Assembly (NCBI GenBank): GCA_963824385.1
Contig: CAWGPD010000003.1
Span: 32,001-96,000, forward strand
DNA: 64,000 nt
Direction: 5' to 3'
DNA from: an uncultured Nitrososphaerota archaeon
Lineage (GTDB): Archaea > Thermoproteota > Nitrososphaeria > Nitrososphaerales > Nitrosopumilaceae
Part shown: positions 61,366 through 64,000 of the stretch, in pieces
Position numbering within the stretch: position 1 is the stretch's first letter
How the letters are laid out: every line of letters starts with the position of its first letter
Position numbers and translations under genes: made by a program
Notes under the pieces: generated by a model
Databases searched by the model: none
What the model saw: the letters and a program-made list of their open reading frames with translations, nothing else
Told to the model about the DNA's origin: nothing

Positions 61366-62115
61366 ATGACAGAATCCAAAGCTCACTACAAAAAAGCAAA
61401 GATAATTGGAAAAGTTCAAGACAAACTTAAGGAAGGAATTGAAAACTACCGTGCGGCATCTGATTCACCGCCTCGAGTAGATGTTTACGATGTCATTGAA
61501 CAAGTCTTTGCAGCACTTAATCCAAAAGTAGCTGATGAAGGAAAGATCTCAGTAGATGAGGTAAGCGGTTGTTTAAGATTTGCATACCTTGATCGAAAGG
61601 ATCCGTCTGAAAGCAATCACAAACAGATGGTGTCAAAGATAATGAAAAAGAGCGCATTTAGTATAATGGAAAAACCGCTTGATGGTCAACTCGATGCAGG
61701 TTCTAACGTAAAGATTGTCGGTAGAGCTGATAGAGTTGAAGATGAAGTGGTGATGCTCTTTAGAGGTTCAGAAAAATTACCTGAAATGCCATATCCGGCA
61801 GATTTCATACATCTGAACTCCTATCTATTCATGTTTGACAAACCAGAAGGAGTGATTGTCTACTTTGATAGGGAAGGAAATGAAATGGAATTCAACGTTC
61901 CAAAAAGTGAGAAACTCTTAAACGAAACAAAACGTAGAGCAAAAATTCTCAATACCTTGCTGACAAACAACATTGCTCCTGCAATCGAACCATCTGAGAA
62001 ATGCATGGAATGTCCTCACAATGAGAAATGTTACTATGCAAATGAAGACAAACAGAAATGGGGATTCTGGGCTCGTGGCAAGTGGCGTGAACTCAAATCA
62101 AAATCCATCCTATAA
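61366..62115 (+). CDS. solo Cas4-like / PD-(D/E)XK protein with four Fe-S Cys residues and a degenerate active site
   Basis: 'SGCLRFAY', 'IVGRAD' and C-terminal CMECPHNEKC; no ExK motif. Confidence 0.7.
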   Translation: MTESKAHYKKAKIIGKVQDKLKEGIENYRAASDSPPRVDVYDVIEQVFAALNPKVADEGKISVDEVSGCLRFAYLDRKDPSESNHKQMVSKIMKKSAFSIMEKPLDGQLDAGSNVKIVGRADRVEDEVVMLFRGSEKLPEMPYPADFIHLNSYLFMFDKPEGVIVYFDREGNEMEFNVPKSEKLLNETKRRAKILNTLLTNNIAPAIEPSEKCMECPHNEKCYYANEDKQKWGFWARGKWRELKSKSIL

Positions 62116-62165
62116 TCACACACTTTTTTCATTTTAATTTTATTATTATCTAGAGATGATTCTAA

Positions 62166-62393
62166 TTATTTGAGAGATTCTGATTCTTCTGGATTTAGAA
62201 AAACGCGTGTCTTGAAGGGTTTTTCAGAATCTTTGTGAAAATAAAAAATCTTGATGCCATGCTCAAAAGGTTTGATTTCTATTTTATCAGATAATTGGAT
62301 GGAGCTATCTTCTTGTCTGAGATATTGGTATAATTCCTCTTCATCCATCTTCAGTATTTCGCTTATCCGCTTTCTTGTTCCCATGTTGATCAA
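62166..62393 (-). CDS. hypothetical protein
   Basis: 75-aa ORF filling the gap between genes; no motif recognised. Confidence 0.55.
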   Translation of the reverse strand: MINMGTRKRISEILKMDEEELYQYLRQEDSSIQLSDKIEIKPFEHGIKIFYFHKDSEKPFKTRVFLNPEESESLK

Positions 62394-62470
62394 AATAATG
62401 TCAACTTATTTGACATCTTAACTTTTCTTATTGGAAATTTTTGCTTGCAATCTAATCATTAAATACAATC

Positions 62471-62962
62471 TTGCTTCTTGGAATTGACATGTCTGATTCA
62501 AAAATAGAGTGGTTTGAAGATCTTTTAGGCTTGGGGTATCATGTATTTGATGTACGTCCTACTGTATACCTGATATTTGATAATAAAAAAAAACTTGTTA
62601 CCGCCTGGAATCAGATAATAAAATACTGGCCAGACTATGAAATAAAAATGAGATTCTTTGAAGGAGATACTAACTATGAATTTATTCTGTATTGCCAATC
62701 TCGTATATTACAAAAAACAACTGTTTTCTTAAAATCGCTAAAACTATCGGATAACTATCAACAGTTTATGGAAGAATACAATGGGTCTGCATCATTGCAA
62801 GTTGCAAACTATTCTCCCAAGAATAAAAAATATGGGCTAGAGATATTCAAGTTCAAAAAGAAGGTAATTGACGTACAATTCCTAAAAAAAGAAGATACAG
62901 TTGATGATTTTGTCGTTTTACAGGCACTAAAAAGGCTCAGACAGACTCCTGAGAAAAAATAG
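62471..62962 (+). CDS. hypothetical protein (start possibly ATG 62489)
   Basis: 163-aa ORF; no motif recognised. Confidence 0.65.
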   Translation: MLLGIDMSDSKIEWFEDLLGLGYHVFDVRPTVYLIFDNKKKLVTAWNQIIKYWPDYEIKMRFFEGDTNYEFILYCQSRILQKTTVFLKSLKLSDNYQQFMEEYNGSASLQVANYSPKNKKYGLEIFKFKKKVIDVQFLKKEDTVDDFVVLQALKRLRQTPEKK

Positions 62963-62971
62963 TTTAATGCC

Positions 62972-63463
62972 TTATGGTTTTTTTAATTTTGATGCTATCA
63001 AGCCTATCCAAAGACTCCAGTCCAAATTTTTAAAAACAAGAGGTTGACGAGAAGGATAATTTGTAACCGTTTTAGAAATTCCAAAATCATATTTTTTCTC
63101 TTTTCCTTTTTCTGTAAATGTGATTCGTAAGAAATCTACATTTCTTGCTGTTATGCTTTTAACATCTGTTATGGAATTTAATGGCATTATCCAGGATTTT
63201 GGATTCTCAGTCAAATCTTCGTCAAGATCTGATTCGTTGTAATCTGACATCTTTCCTATACTTGCCTTGTCATCTTCAAAATATCTCACCTTTTCTTTTC
63301 CAGTTATCCATATGTATCGTGGAACAAAAATTACTTTTTTATTTGTAAGAACTAGAACACCTTCTTTATTTTTATGAAAGAAACCGCTTAACCCTAATGC
63401 TATTCCCCAAATCTGAGGAAGTGATGCAATAATGTACTCTTCTTCTTCAAGATTTTTTCTCAT
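62972..63463 (-). CDS. hypothetical protein, possible PH-like fold
   Basis: 'GVLVLTNKKVIF' and 'MPLNSITDV' are typical of prokaryotic PH domains. Confidence 0.6.
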   Translation of the reverse strand: MRKNLEEEEYIIASLPQIWGIALGLSGFFHKNKEGVLVLTNKKVIFVPRYIWITGKEKVRYFEDDKASIGKMSDYNESDLDEDLTENPKSWIMPLNSITDVKSITARNVDFLRITFTEKGKEKKYDFGISKTVTNYPSRQPLVFKNLDWSLWIGLIASKLKKP

Positions 63464-63543
63464 AATTTGTTTAGCAACTTTTGTGAATAAATCAATCTAT
63501 CTAATCGTGGTGATTATACAAAAATGTGGTAGAGGGTTCTGCT

Positions 63544-63705
63544 CTAGGCGTGACCTTGACCTTCGTATCTCATGCCATAGGTACCCCAAGTCTTGCCTTT
63601 CTTTGCTAAATTATACCTGTGGGCTCTTTCACCAAAGTAAATTGCTATTGTCATTGCAAGACATGCTGCAGTTGCAATGAAAATGTTTATGCCTGCTTCT
63701 GTCAT
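63544..63705 (-). CDS. 53-aa single-TM small protein (not in the ORF track)
   Basis: MTEAGINIFIATAACLAMTIAIYFGERAHRYNLAKKGKTWGTYGMRYEGQGHA*; TATA-like TTATA ~25-30 nt upstream. Confidence 0.65.
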   Translation of the reverse strand: MTEAGINIFIATAACLAMTIAIYFGERAHRYNLAKKGKTWGTYGMRYEGQGHA

Positions 63706-63805
63706 GCGTGGTTTAGTTAGGATGTTGTATAATAATTTTATTTAGAATTTTTTCAAATTCTATGATACCAAAATTTTTACAAAATTTGGATCTTAAATGG
63801 TATAA

Positions 63806-63850
63806 TATCATAAAAAAAATATTTTAGGATAAAATGCCTTTTATAGATGA
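63806..63850 (+). promoter_or_regulatory. duplicated promoter block, copy 2
   Basis: 42/45 identical to 61302-61346, with the same 20-nt offset to ATG 63870. Confidence 0.8.
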
Positions 63851-63869
63851 GAAACTTCTCTATCCAAAG

Positions 63870-64000
63870 ATGCTGGAGACAATTTCTAAATCGCCAATAC
63901 AGATAGTAACAAAACACAAATGGCCGGTAGTTTTTGTGCTCGCAGGCTTAATAGTCGGGTTATCTGGATTCACGGCAATACAGGATGCACACGCTCAGTT
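63870..64000 (+). CDS. 5' part of a signal-peptide-bearing protein (truncated by the window end)
   Basis: MLETISKSPIQIVTKHKWPVVFVLAGLIVGLSGFTAIQDAHAQ: n-, h- and c-regions with an AHA|Q cleavage site. Confidence 0.75.
   Translation, partial: MLETISKSPIQIVTKHKWPVVFVLAGLIVGLSGFTAIQDAHAQ

Noticed and set aside
61366..62115. CRISPR-Cas locus suggested by the Cas4-like gene
   Set aside because: No repeat-spacer array or other cas genes were seen anywhere in the window
63432..63680. 82-aa + strand ORF
   Set aside because: Atypical composition; it is a shadow of the minus-strand 53-aa membrane ORF and overlaps the start of the 62972-63463 gene
61302..63850. duplicated block as the termini of a mobile element
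   Set aside because: No transposase or integrase lies between the copies, and both sit at an identical distance from start codons and contain a TATA box, which fits a promoter better

Overview
This is AT-rich, gene-dense core chromosome of an ammonia-oxidising archaeon (Nitrososphaerota/Thaumarchaeota; a Nitrosotalea-like lineage is my inference from gene content and order). It contains GINS-MCM-Hel308, glycosylation genes, sdhACDB, argH, RFC large subunit, the 3HP/4HB-cycle acetyl/propionyl-CoA carboxylase, an 11-subunit complex I (nuoABCDHIJKMLN), GGPP synthase and geranylgeranyl reductase, TBP, ABCE1, non-oxidative pentose phosphate genes, a MoxR-vWA-ASCH operon, the S15-RecJ/GAN-Pcc1-SerRS-S3Ae operon, candidate amoZ/amoY, a PII gene and a solo Cas4-like gene. 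RNA genes are six tRNAs (two with non-canonical introns), an unlinked 5S rRNA and two unannotated C/D-box-type sRNAs. The strongest hidden signal is that all ten single-base frameshifts in otherwise intact genes sit at a corrupted AGCT tetramer. This points to AGCT DNA methylation causing systematic base-calling errors rather than to real pseudogenes. A 45-bp promoter block is also duplicated upstream of the Cas4-like gene and the final, truncated, signal-peptide gene. No CRISPR array or mobile element was seen. All gene calls come from motif recognition and synteny; no database searches were run.
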